A DNA stretch of 64,000 bases, from contig CM052818.1 of the NCBI GenBank assembly GCA_028534125.1, forward strand, positions 20,958,001 to 21,022,000, in the 5' to 3' direction. Origin of the DNA: Lama glama. Taxonomy: Eukaryota. Below, piece after piece: positions 50,470 through 61,677 of this stretch (positions are counted from its first letter, which is position 1; each line of letters opens with the position of its first letter). The notes under the pieces were generated by a model, which saw nothing but the letters and a program-made list of their open reading frames with translations, was not told the origin of the DNA and made no database searches. Made by a program: the position numbers and the translations under genes.

Positions 50470-50880
50470 CATTCATTTATCCAAGAAATATTTATTGTGG
50501 GCTAACTACAGATGAGGCCCTGGGCTCCATGGAGAAATGCTGCAGTGAATCAGACAGACAAGGTTCCTGCCCTAGTGAGCTTACGGTCTAGTGAGGAACA
50601 ATAACCACTCAATGTGACAGGTTCTATTTAGGGGATAGTACTGGGTGCCATGGAAGAACATAAGAAGGCCACTTAACCATACTCGGAGGACAGAGAGGCC
50701 TTTCAGAAAAAGCAATGCCCTACATGAAACTTTAAGGATGAATAGGAATTAGCCAGGCAAAGATGTTGGGGAAGACTGTTTCAGCAGAGAGAATAGTATG
50801 TGTAAATCATGGAACACAGTCATGGAAGCAGTCAAAGATCAGGGTGGCTGGGGCAGAGAGGAGGTGTGGAGGAGTACTGA
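50470..50880 (-). mobile_element. L2 LINE 3' region
   Basis: 'cattcatttatccaagaaatatttattg...cagacagacaaggttcctgccct..tgagcttacggtctagtg...aggatgaataggaattagccagg'. Confidence 0.8.
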
Positions 50881-50949
50881 AAACTTACTGCAGGAAAGCA
50901 ATGGCCTAGCCCCGAGCCTTGTGTTCATTTTGTCAGTGGATACTTTTTA

Positions 50950-51503
50950 AGCATTAGGTTCTTTGGGATAGCTCTCCCTCTAAGAAACAAGACCAGCAAT
51001 GGAGATTTTTCATTTTCTCATGCAATATGAAATCCACAGGTAGGTGATTCCAGGGTTGATTCGTTCAACAGTTCAATTATGTTAGGGCTTTGAATTGTGT
51101 CTCCAGGTTTCCCTGGGTTTTCTTTCATGGTCTTAAGATAGTATCCACATCTTCGAACAGCACATCCTCACTTGGCAGAAAGATTGAGAAGGTGGTTAAG
51201 GTCTCTTCCACGTTCCTCTTTTTTTATCATGTGAGAAAATCTTTCCCAGACTCCTCCCTGAAGTCTTCACACTAATATTGGTGTGGACTGGGTCACATGC
51301 CTGCTTTTAAACCAATCACTGGCAAAGGGGAATCAGATTTCTGTGACTAGTTTAAATCAAACATGATTCATCTTCTGAAACTGGAGGAAGGTCCTATCTT
51401 CCCTACAGGCATTGTCACATAGTACTTAATTGACACTGGAGTTCTTTAGCAAGGAAGAAAGAGGTGATTACAGTTGGGGAGACAACCAACAGTGTCTGCC
51501 ACA
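50950..51503 (-). mobile_element. Old MLT1 (K/L-like) MaLR LTR
   Basis: 'actgggtcacatgcctgcttttaaaccaatcactggcaaaggggaat...ttagcaaggaagaa...gacaaccaacagtgtctgccaca'. Confidence 0.7.
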
Positions 51504-51599
51504 GAGCATCTTCTGAACATACTGGCACAAACTGCTATACCAGAGGCCCAGCAGAGGGAAGGTCATTCTCTTTTCCAGTCATAAAAACTATTTGCATCA

Positions 51600-52970
51600 A
51601 TTTTTACCCTCACATACAAGATGTTTGACTTTCAACCAAAAAAATATGAAATATACAAAAAAAAAGCAAGGAAAAACACACTGTCAAAAGACAAAGCAGT
51701 CAACAGAACTTAAAATAACTGTGGTTTGTGTTGAAAGTTCTAATAAAAAAAGATGGACAATGCATAATTGCAGATAGGTTGGGTATTTTCAGTAGAGAGA
51801 TAGACATGATAAGAAAATCAAATGGAAGTACCAGAAATGAAATACACAATAACAGAGACGAAGAGTGCTTTCGATGGGCTCATTAGTAAACTTGTTACAG
51901 CCAAGGAAAGAATCATTGAAAATGAGGATCTGTCTTCATGAAATTACCCAAATGGAAGCATACACACACATGAATGAAAAAAAGAAAGAAAAACAGAACA
52001 GAGAATGCAAAATCTGTGGCACAATATCAAATAGTCTAACATACATGTAAATCACAATTCCAGAAAGAGATGAGAGAAAAAAGACAGAAGAAGTATTTAA
52101 AGAAATGATGGCTGATGTATTTATACAATGTAATACTGCTCAGCCATAAAAAAAGAATAAAATAATGCTGTATGCAGCAACATGGATGGACCTGGAGATC
52201 ATCATTCTAAGTGAAGTAACCCAGAAAGAGAAAGAAAAATACCATATATCACTCATACGTGGAATCTAAAAAAAAAAAGACAGAAATGAACTTATTTACA
52301 AAACAGAAACAGACACACACACACACACAGAAAAAAACTTCTGGTTACCAGGGGAAAGGGGGTGGGAAGGGAGAAATTGGGAGTTTGAGATTTGCAGATA
52401 CTAACTAATATATATAAAATAGATAAACAACAATTTCTTCTGTATAGCACAGGAAACTATATTCAATGTCTTGTAGTAACCTATAATGAAAAAGAATGTG
52501 AAAACAAATATAAGTATATATATGTATGACTGAAACATGCTGTACACCAGAAATTGACATAAAATTGTTAACTGACTATACTTCAATAAATTAAAAAAAA
52601 AAAAAAAAGAAATAATGGCTGAGAATTTTCCAAAGTTAATTATGAACACCACTCATGGATCTAAAAAGCCCAGAGAACACTAAACAGAATATATACAAAT
52701 AAAACAAAATAACCTAAGTGCATCATATTCAAACCATTGAATGCCAAGGATAAAGAGTAAAGCTTGAAGGCAATGATTAAAAAAATTATATGCTGAGGAA
52801 CAAAAATAAAAATTACAGCAAACTTCTTGTCAGAAACTACATAAGGCAGAAGATGATGGAATGACATCTTGAAAGGGCATTGTGGGCAGGGGAGGGGGAG
52901 CCTCTGTCAATCAGAATTTTATACCTAGTGAAAATATCTTTCAAAAATAAAAAAAAATTAAGGTTTTTCT
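51600..52970 (+). mobile_element. Ancient L1M 5'/ORF1 region, interrupted by a younger L1
   Basis: 'gctttcgatgggctcattagtaaact...aaagaaataatggctgagaattttccaaa...agaattttatacctagtgaaaatatctttcaaaaat'. Confidence 0.8.
52116..52605 (+). mobile_element. Young L1 3' end with poly-A, nested in old L1
   Basis: 16/17 TSD aaagaaatgatggctga (52099-52115) / aaagaaataatggctga (52606-52622); aataaa then poly-A. Confidence 0.92.
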
Positions 52971-53009
52971 CAGCATACAAACAAAAAGCATTGTCAGCCA
53001 CAAATCAAA

Positions 53010-53686
53010 TGGAAATGGTGTCTTACTATTGTTTAATCTATTACTAGTGAGCAGAGAAGCTGATCATTTTATGTTTTGGTTATGTTTAGTATTGGCTTGT
53101 AGTTTGTCTCATATGAATTGCCAATTCATATCTTTCACCCATTTTCTATTAGGCTATTAGTCTTTTGCTTGTATGAGTTCCTTATATATTTTGAATACCA
53201 GTCTTTTGCTATATGTGTTAACTAATATCTTTTTGTAATCTGTTACTTGTCTTTTAATATGTTCATGGTGACTTCTGTTGGCACAATTTTACAATTTGAC
53301 TAAATTAAATTTAATCACTTTTTCCTCTATATTTTTGCATAGGCTTTCCCTTTGTCACATTCTGTAAGATTTTCTCCTAAGGTTTTATAGTTTTGTATTA
53401 TTTAGGTCTTTAATCCTTCTGGAACTTATATTTTTGAATAGTGAAAGGTAGTGATATAAATGAATTTTTCCCAATGGTCAGGAAGTTGTTCCAACATTAT
53501 CCCTTGAATAGTCAGTCTATCCTTTCCCTATTGATTTAAAATGCCACATTTATCATATAATACATTCCCATATATTCATGGCTCAGTTCCCCCTTTATGT
53601 CCTATTGAGCTATTTTATACCAATAACACAATGTTTTATTTCCCATAGCTTTATAGTATGCTTTGATATTGTGATTGGCAATGGCC
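53010..53686 (-). mobile_element. Ancient L1M ORF2-region fragment (left part)
   Basis: 'ttcacccattttctatt...tttaggtctttaatcc...ttgttccaacatt...tgatttaaaatgccac..ttatcatata...ctttatagtatg'. Confidence 0.75.
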
Positions 53687-54340
53687 AGGCTTGTCCTGCT
53701 CAGCTTCTCCCAGGAGATAAATGACATGCCTGCCTGAAGTTTTGAGAAAGGAGTCCTAAAAGAGAGCCCATGCTTTTTTACATTTCTGAAATAGTCCAGC
53801 AAAGAATGAGCTTTAGGATGAGGAGTGATAATAACTAGGCATCATATATGGCCTGTCATATGGTCTTAGGTCAACCAGACATGTTTGGTACCTGGTTATT
53901 ATCATTTAATCTGTGTTTAGTGCAGCAATATGGCATTATAGCAATATAGCAAGAAATTGAACCTGATAATAGGCCTGGATAATGTGGCTTACCAAAAGCG
54001 GTTTTGTAAAACTATTCTGTAGTTTTGAGATTTATGGCTGGGGATATACGGGCTCCAGAAAACACTGATTAGGACTTCTCATTACCTGGCAGTTTCCCCC
54101 TGGCAGGCTGACCACGGTCAGCACTCATGCCTGTATCTTACTTGGATTTAAGGTAAATCCAAGAAGCTGTGCTCCCCAAGCTCTCCTGCTTGATACAGTC
54201 TCTTATCCTTCAAGGTCAACTGCAATGACATGCAATTTGTATACTCTGTATGTGCCTGAGTGTTCCTTCTTACTCATCTTCAAGCCCAGTCTCTGTTTGA
54301 CTACTTCAGAAATTTAGAACAGCATGCTCTCTGTTTTAGA

Positions 54341-55200
54341 ACTTTATTTTTTTTTTCAAATTTGCCTTGGATATTCTTTCATATTTTCTCTTTAGAAGAA
54401 TTTTAGAATCAGTTTGTAAATTCTTTGAAAAAAAATCCCACTGGGAATTTGATTGTGATTTCACTGAATTTATAGATTAATTTGAGGTGAGCTACCATCT
54501 TTACGATGCCAAATCTTTCCAACCAGATGCATGAACATTTTCTCCTTTTATCTGGGTTTTCTTTTATGTCCTTTAGTAAAATTCTATCTTTTTTTTTTCA
54601 TTTAGATCTGAATATTTTTAGCTTATTCTTGGGTATTTTGTAGTTTTGTGGGTTTGTGGGTTTGTGCCTTTTGTGAGTAAGATCTTTTTCATGACATTTT
54701 GTAATGGTTATTGTGGAACAGAGGCAAGCTATTGCCTGCATATATTATTATGGTACTTAGTCTCCTAACTGAACACTGTGAATTGTGATAGTTTACTTCA
54801 CACTCTCAGATTTTCTAGGTACACACTTACGTTGTCTGCAAATACTGACAGTTTTGTTTCCTCCCTTCAAATCTTTATGTTTCATTTCTTCTCCTTGTCA
54901 TTTAATTGGCTAGGACTTTCAGGTCAATGTGAAGTAGTTGTGAGCATTCTTATCTCTGATATCAGTAGAAATAATTCTGTTTCATCATTAGGATGATACT
55001 TGCTCTAGGATTCCAGTTGACATTCTTTATCAAGCAAGAAAACTTTATTTCCAAATTGCTAAGAGTTTCTCAGAATGAGTGTTAAATTTCATGAAATAAT
55101 TTTTCTGCTTCTGTTGAGAAAATCATATAATTTTTCTCTTCTAGTCTATTAATTGAACAATATTTTGAAATGTTGAACCAACATTGTGCTTGAGGGATTA
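54341..55200 (-). mobile_element. Ancient L1M ORF2-region fragment (right part)
   Basis: 'aattttagaatcagtttgt...tgattgtgatttcactgaatttatagattaatttg...tctgcaaatactgacagtttt...tggctaggactttcag'. Confidence 0.75.
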
Positions 55201-55709
55201 AACACTCTTTGATTTCCCCCAATTATGGAAATACTGCTTTTAGTTTGCTTACAAATACTTAAATAGGACAGACAGCCTTCGGTTTGCCTGAAAACTGACT
55301 GCTTCGAAGTTCTCCCCTGACTCCATTGTTCTTTTATTTTTCTCTAGTGATTGTGTTTCTGGTTATCCTCTTTAAAAGTTTCACTGCAGATTATTTAGGG
55401 GAAACTAAGAATATTTGAGACATAGTCTTAACCTTTAAAAGTTGGTATCATAGAGAACAACCAGGGCATACCAACTGGTGATTGGTGTCTGTCAGAAACA
55501 GAACACCACATCTGAGATGGGCTGAGGGGTTGGTAAAGGGATGACCCACGACCATGACAGCACTGTTCATACTTCACCTTCATGTAACCAAGCACGGAAA
55601 AGTACAAACGATTACATAAGAGTAGAAAGGATGTACCTCCTTGGAGTTAGTCAATCCAAAATCCAGGACACAGATAGGAGGCTACTGTTCTTTTGGTTTC
55701 CATGACAAC

Positions 55710-55890
55710 CAGAGGCCAATTTACCATGATGTTAATGAAGCTTGAGCTTCAGGGCCTCTCACTTAAAAGGGCCCCTTCCAAGGCCCTGCTCCTCATTTTG
55801 TCTCTGTAATTTCGTATCCTTTTCCTTAAGGAGAGACACCAACTTGTAGAAGCTTTAGTTAGACCCTACAAAAAACCTGGGTCCATCCCT
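55710..55890. mobile_element. MER45A-like hAT-Tip100 element
   Basis: 'atttaccatgatgttaatgaagcttgagcttcagggcctctcactt..gggccccttccaaggccctg...aaaacctgggtccatccct'; flanks atgacaac/acgaccac. Confidence 0.7.
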
Positions 55891-56830
55891 ACGACCACCC
55901 CAGGCATGGCTCTGCATACCTGCTACCTGGCCTGGACCCAGGGCTCCGAAAGCCCTTTCTGGCAATCCTGACAATTCTCTCAGCTTAGCGATTAGTGTGG
56001 ATGGCAGATTAAATTACCCTGTTGCTTCCCAGCTGGGCTAGGAGAACTCTGGCCTGACACAGAAGCCGGTGGGTGTCCTGTGGAATGAGGGCTCAGCTAT
56101 CTCACACTTTTCTCTCTGTGGGGGCACGTGATCAGATGCATTATTAACGCTGAGCTGATCTGGTTACCTTGATTGACACTAAGTGATTTCAGTCTGGGCT
56201 ATATTTGTCTTCGTGGGGAAAATGACTGCCACAGAGCTGAAAGGTTATTTCCCTCTTCAAATACATTTGGGCCTGTCACTGTGGAGTTACACACCCTGAC
56301 ATCAAAATCGGACCCACGGGCTTTGGAAGACAGCAAATGACATCACGGGCAAAAAATGGTGTCAGCTTCATTTTGCTTTTTCCTTCTCTATCTGAACTCT
56401 GACAGAGTAGCAGTTTGCCTGGAGTTTGCAAGGCTTTCAGGTGAGGAGAAGGGAGAATTAGTAGAAGCTGGACTTAAATAAATCATTTCCAGGATACGTT
56501 TGTCTGTCCTCCTGGTCCTTCTCTGTAACCATCAAGCTTAATTTAAAATGTTAGGGCTGAGGTACCTAATTAATAAGACTAATAAGTCATTAGCCTGCTA
56601 TTAAATAAATATTTAACTTCTTAGCAAAATAAAATATTCCTTAATTCAACACTTATTTTTTGTTTGTAAAACTAACAAGGAAGATATTATCTACAAGAAA
56701 CCCCATCCTTAACTCTGTTAACCTTTCCTAGGGTGCTGAGCATTTAAGACAAGTCTATGAATGACCTAATGTCATGCTTACAATGTTAGGCTATGCAAAT
56801 GCTGAATGCATATAAGAAATACATCAAACC

Positions 56831-57000
56831 AGGGGAGGAGGTTGTAGCTCAGTGGTAGAATGCATGCCTAGCATGCACAAGGTCCTGAGTTTAAGCCCCA
56901 GTACCTTCATTAAATAAATAGATGAATAAACCTAATTACCTCCCCACCAAAAAAAAAAAAAAAGATTAATTAAAAATAAATTTTGAAAATTTTGAAAAAA
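56831..57000 (+). mobile_element. tRNA-derived SINE (camelid Vic-1-like)
   Basis: 'gtagctcagtggtagaatgcatgcctagcatgcacaaggtcctgagtttaagccccagtacc'; perfect 17-bp TSD aagaaatacatcaaacc (56814-56830, 57001-57017). Confidence 0.92.
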
Positions 57001-58573
57001 AAGAAATACATCAAACCCAGTAACACGGGTAAAATCAGATCATGCTAGTCTATGAACTTCAATGAGGGAATTTAAGTTAGACTGAAGGGGAAATTTAAAC
57101 CTACAGATATCAGAGTTATAGTGGCATAAAATGAACCACTGCCCCACCTCATAGAATTTAGTTATTTTGGATGAAGTAAAAGTTAATAAATTTAACAGCT
57201 AGTTTTGTTGATGGATGCATCCTCTGGACTTGGGGATAATAAAAGGAGGATTTAAAAAAAAAGAAACTCTACCTACTGTCACTGTCCTTGTTATAGTACA
57301 AGCATCTGACTCTTTGTTGTTGGTGTAGAAGGAAAGGACCTCTTGCTGGGTCCGTAACAGGTGGGTTTTGGGACAGAGATGTGATAAAGTTCATTGTAAC
57401 AAAGACCCGCCTGTAGAAATAGTTCTTGTACTAGTCTGAGTCAGGGGTAGGGAGGCAGAGCTACTGTTTAGCTTCAAATCACAAAGTCATAGCTACCGAA
57501 CATGCTCCTCCCTCTTGGATCTGTGCCTTGTCTCCAGGAGTGATGACAGCGGGAAGGGCTGGCTTCCCACTAGACAGAAACAGGAGGGAGTGTCCACTGA
57601 CCTAAGGAAAATATCTCATGAAAACATGGTTTCTTTTATAATCAGAGGCATATAAAAATGCATGTAAACAAGCATTTTTTTATTTGAACATTAAATTTTA
57701 TTGGTACAGAGCATGTGTTTTGTTATACTGGTGAATAATGTCTTTTAAAAATGAGATTTTGAGATGCCATTCTGCTTATGTCACGAGATAAAGGGCTTTT
57801 GGAACATTGTTCTGGTGCAAACCCTTTTAGTAAGAGGGGATTAAACAAGAAGACAGTCTGAGGTGCCAAAAATACTTTCTGCAGAGCTCTCTATTAAGTG
57901 GAAAAAAGTTTGAGTGTTCTTTTTCTTAAATGTTATCCAAATGGCTTTTGTCTGAGAAACCTCTCTAACTAGACCTCGAAAATCAGCAGTTTGCCAATCT
58001 TAGTGTGCAAAAATATTTGTGTGTGGATACGCTGATAGGTCCCTATATCCCTGTCTAATGGGGTCAGTAGGAGAATGATTTATTCAAAAACATCTAGTTA
58101 AAAAGAAATTTATCTATGAAAGATAAAGGAGGAAAAATCCAGGAATGAAAGTTAATAAACACACCAAAAGTTGCTTACTACCAAAGAAAAAATTATCTCT
58201 ATCAACACTGACAGCCTTAGGAAGTCTTGGTTGTGGCCCATGATTGTGATTTGCGCTTCTAAGTGCCTTTTAGACTGCAGATGAATTCCTGGAGGCTGGC
58301 TGTTTTGATGATGATGATAATTATCACATTTAAGGGAAATACACTTGTTCACATAAACAACAGTAAATGCCAAATAGGTAAAGTAAACAAGGATACTTTG
58401 AACAAGGACAAAAATACTGAAATAATAGATGTGGTTGAAAATTAATATTTTCCCAGTTTGGTAATTTTCTTGCATTGTGAAGTGTTTGGACAGATGAGTC
58501 CCTGGTCACAGTCACCTGGAGTCACAAGGGTCAGCCTTCTTGGGTTCCACTGGGCCCCAGAACCTGGCATCTT

Positions 58574-59260
58574 TTTTTTTTTTTTAACATTTTTTAAATT
58601 GAGTAGTAGTTATTTTACAATGTTGTGTCAAGTTCTAGTGTAGAGCACAATTTTTCAGTCATACATGAACATGTATATATTCATTGTCACATTTTTTTTT
58701 TGCTGTGAGCTACCACAAGATCTTGTATATTTTTCCCTGTGCTATACAGTATAATCTTGTTTATCTATTCTGCATTTTAAAATCCCAGTCTGTCCCTTCC
58801 TACCCCCCGCCCCCTTGGCAACCACAAGTTTGTATTCTATGTCTATGAGTCTGTTTCTTGTATTTATGTTTTGTTTGTTTTTTTTTCTTTTTTTAGATTC
58901 CTCATATAAGCAATCTCATATGGTATTTTTCTTTCTCTTTCTGGCTTACTTCACTTTGAATGACATTCTCCAGGAACATCCATGTTGCTGCAAATGGCAT
59001 TATGTTGTCAGTTTTTGTGGCTGAATAGTATTCCATCATATAAATATACCACATCTTTATTCAGTCATCTGTTGATGGACACCTAGGCTGCTTCCATGTC
59101 CTGGCTGTTGTAAATAGTACTGCTGTGAACATTGGGGTGCAGGTGTCATTTTGAAGTAGGGTTCCTTCTGGATATATGCCCAGGAGTGGGATTCCTGGGT
59201 CATATGGTAAGTCTATTCCTAGTCTTTTGGGGAATCTCCATACTGTTTTCCACAGTGGCT
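58574..59260 (-). mobile_element. Young 5'-truncated L1 (3' UTR plus end of ORF2)
   Basis: Poly-T start; ORF 59061-59297 'PLWKTVWRF..LGIDLPYDPGIPLLGIYP...TCTPMFTAVLFTTARTWKQPRCPS' is L1 ORF2p C-terminal-like. Confidence 0.93.
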
Positions 59261-59649
59261 TTCCTTGTTTCCCTCTCCCACTCTTAATGATTGGCATCTT
59301 GTGGAGCTGTATAGCATCTTCTCGGCCTCTGGAAGATTTGGACTTGGGCTGTCATGGAAAATCTTCCCCACTTTCAGATTTCACAAGGATCTTAAGGTCT
59401 ACAAAGTATGTACATTGATAAAGAAAAGTAATTAGTTCTCATGATCATGAAACAAACCCAGTACTGGCTCCATGGGAGATAGTAGGGTTTGGACTCATCC
59501 CCCAATTTTAAAGTTGATGTGATTCAGGGCAACCTTGGTCCCCTCAAATTTTCCTTTATTTCTGAGCTGAAGTGATCACAGTTCTGATCTATGTTCTGTC
59601 CTGAAACAAAACAAAATGCCCTCAATTTATTGTACAGTGGGGAGCTCAT

Positions 59650-59825
59650 GGGCTTTCAAAACTGACATCCTTGAGTTTGAATCTGGGTTCTTTAACTTAC
59701 CAGCTGTGTAACTTTTGGCACATTTGCCTCCATTTTCTCACTTGTCAATGGGGAAGTTGTGAAGATTAAATAACATGATGCGTGGAAATCACCCAGCAGA
59801 AGGCGTATCTGCTCAATAAATTTTC
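59650..59825 (+). mobile_element. MIR SINE
   Basis: 'gagtttgaatctggg...acttaccagctgtgtaacttt...gttgtgaagattaaataa...gctcaataaa'. Confidence 0.7.
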
Positions 59826-60562
59826 CTCAGCCCCTCTAAACCTCTTTTGGGAAGGTCTGTCCTGCTTAGATATATCCAGATTTTCTGGAGGCTGAGGGCT
59901 CTTGGTAGTTCTTTTTCACTGACTCATAACATTTTCCAGGATATTTCTGTTTCTGGGTTGTCAGATCCTACAGGTGGTGTTTTGTTTTCAAAACAGCTCT
60001 TAAGGTCCCTGCAGTTCCTCACGGTCTGAATCTCCCCCTTGAGTGAGGTAGAGCCCGGGTTGGGAAGGCTGGGTGGTACTAGACTGGGTGGACACTCTGC
60101 CAAACCCCTTAGTGAGAGGAAGAGCAGCTCTACACATCTGTTCTTAACCCCAGGGCTCCTCCTGGAAGAAGGAAAGTTCTATAACCCTATAACTCCAACC
60201 TCTAGCTTCAAAGGGATGTTGTATCAATGGTTGTGTCTGAGGCAGCATTTCAGGCATGATGGTGCCAAAGGAAGATTGTTGGGGGAAGATGCTTTTGAGA
60301 GGTGAGGCATTCCCTGAACCCAAATGCCACCACACAGAGGCTGTCTGTTACACCTCAACATCTAGTGGGATCTGGTTAAGATCTCATGCTGGCTCTACTA
60401 GACTGTACAAAAAATAATTAGTGCTCCATGAACACAAATAGGGATCTTGACAGTGTTAAATTCAAGGTCATTGTTAATTCAACAAACATTTACTGGGAAC
60501 CTTTTCCCCTGGGGAATATAGATTTTGCCCATTGTTCCACAGTAACAGTACTAAAGGACTCA

Positions 60563-61677
60563 TTTTTTTGTTTGTTTTTTTTTTTAATTAATTGAAATAC
60601 AGTTGGCTTACAATATTGTATTAATTTCTGATGTCCAGCATAGTGATTCATTTATACACACACACACACATATACATATATATATACTTTTTCATATTCT
60701 TTTTCATTATAGGCTATTACAAGGTATTGCTTATAGTTCCCTGTGCTATACAGTAGGACCCTGTTGTTTATCTATTATATATAAAGTAGTTAATATCTGC
60801 AAATCTGAACTCCCACTTTATCCCTCCACCTGCTCCTTCCCCCTGGTAACCATAAGTTTATTTTCTATATGGATGGACCTGGAGATTGTCATACTAAGTG
60901 AAGTAAGCAAGCAAGAAAGAAAAATACCAAATGGTATCACTTATACTTGGAATCTAAAAAAATGACACAAATGAACTTATTTACAAAACAGAAACAGACT
61001 CACAGACATAGAAAACAAATTTATGGTTACTGAAGGGGAAGGGAGAGGGGAATAGTAGTTTGGGATTAAATTAACGATGGCCATTCTGACTGGTGTGAGG
61101 TCATACCTCATTGTAGTTTTGATTTGCATTTCTCTGATAATTAGCAACACTGAGCATTTTTTCACATGCCCATTGGCCATTTGTATGTCTTCATTGCAGA
61201 AATGTTTGTTAAGGTCTTCTGCCCATTTTTTGATTGAGTTGTTTGTTTTTTTTTGTTATTGAGTTCTATGAGCTGTTTGTATATTCTGGAAATTCAGCCC
61301 TTGTCAGTCACATCGTTTGCAAGTATTTTCTCATTCCCTAGGTTGTGTTTCATTTTGTTTATAGTTTCCTTTGCTGTGCAAAAGCTTATAACTTTAATTA
61401 GGCCCCATTTGTTTATTTTTGCTCTTATTCCTATTGCCTGGGTAGACTGCCCTAGGAGAACATTGCTAAGATTTATGTCAGAGAATGTTTTGCCTATGTT
61501 TTCTTCTAGGAGGTTTATAGTGTCTTGTCTTATGTATAAGTCTTTAAGCCATTTTGAGCTTATTTTTGTGTGTGGTGTGAGGGAGTGTTCTGACTTCATC
61601 GATTTTCAGGCAGCTGTTCAGCTTTCCCAACACCACTTGCTAAAGAGGCTGTCTTTTCTCCATTGTATATTCTTGCC
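60563..61677 (-). mobile_element. Rearranged L1: 3' end (-), inverted internal piece (+, 60869-~61075), ORF2 piece (-)
   Basis: ORF2-like peptides 'LTPHTKISSKWLKDL...LLEENIG...KINKWGLIK..SFCTAKETIN' and '[22 protein letters not shown]'; flanking repeat aaggactca at 60554-60562 and 61678-61686. Confidence 0.9.

Noticed and set aside
58152..58475. Hydrophobic 107-aa ORF and three forkhead-like RTAAACA motifs
   Set aside because: AT-rich composition explains both; no independent support
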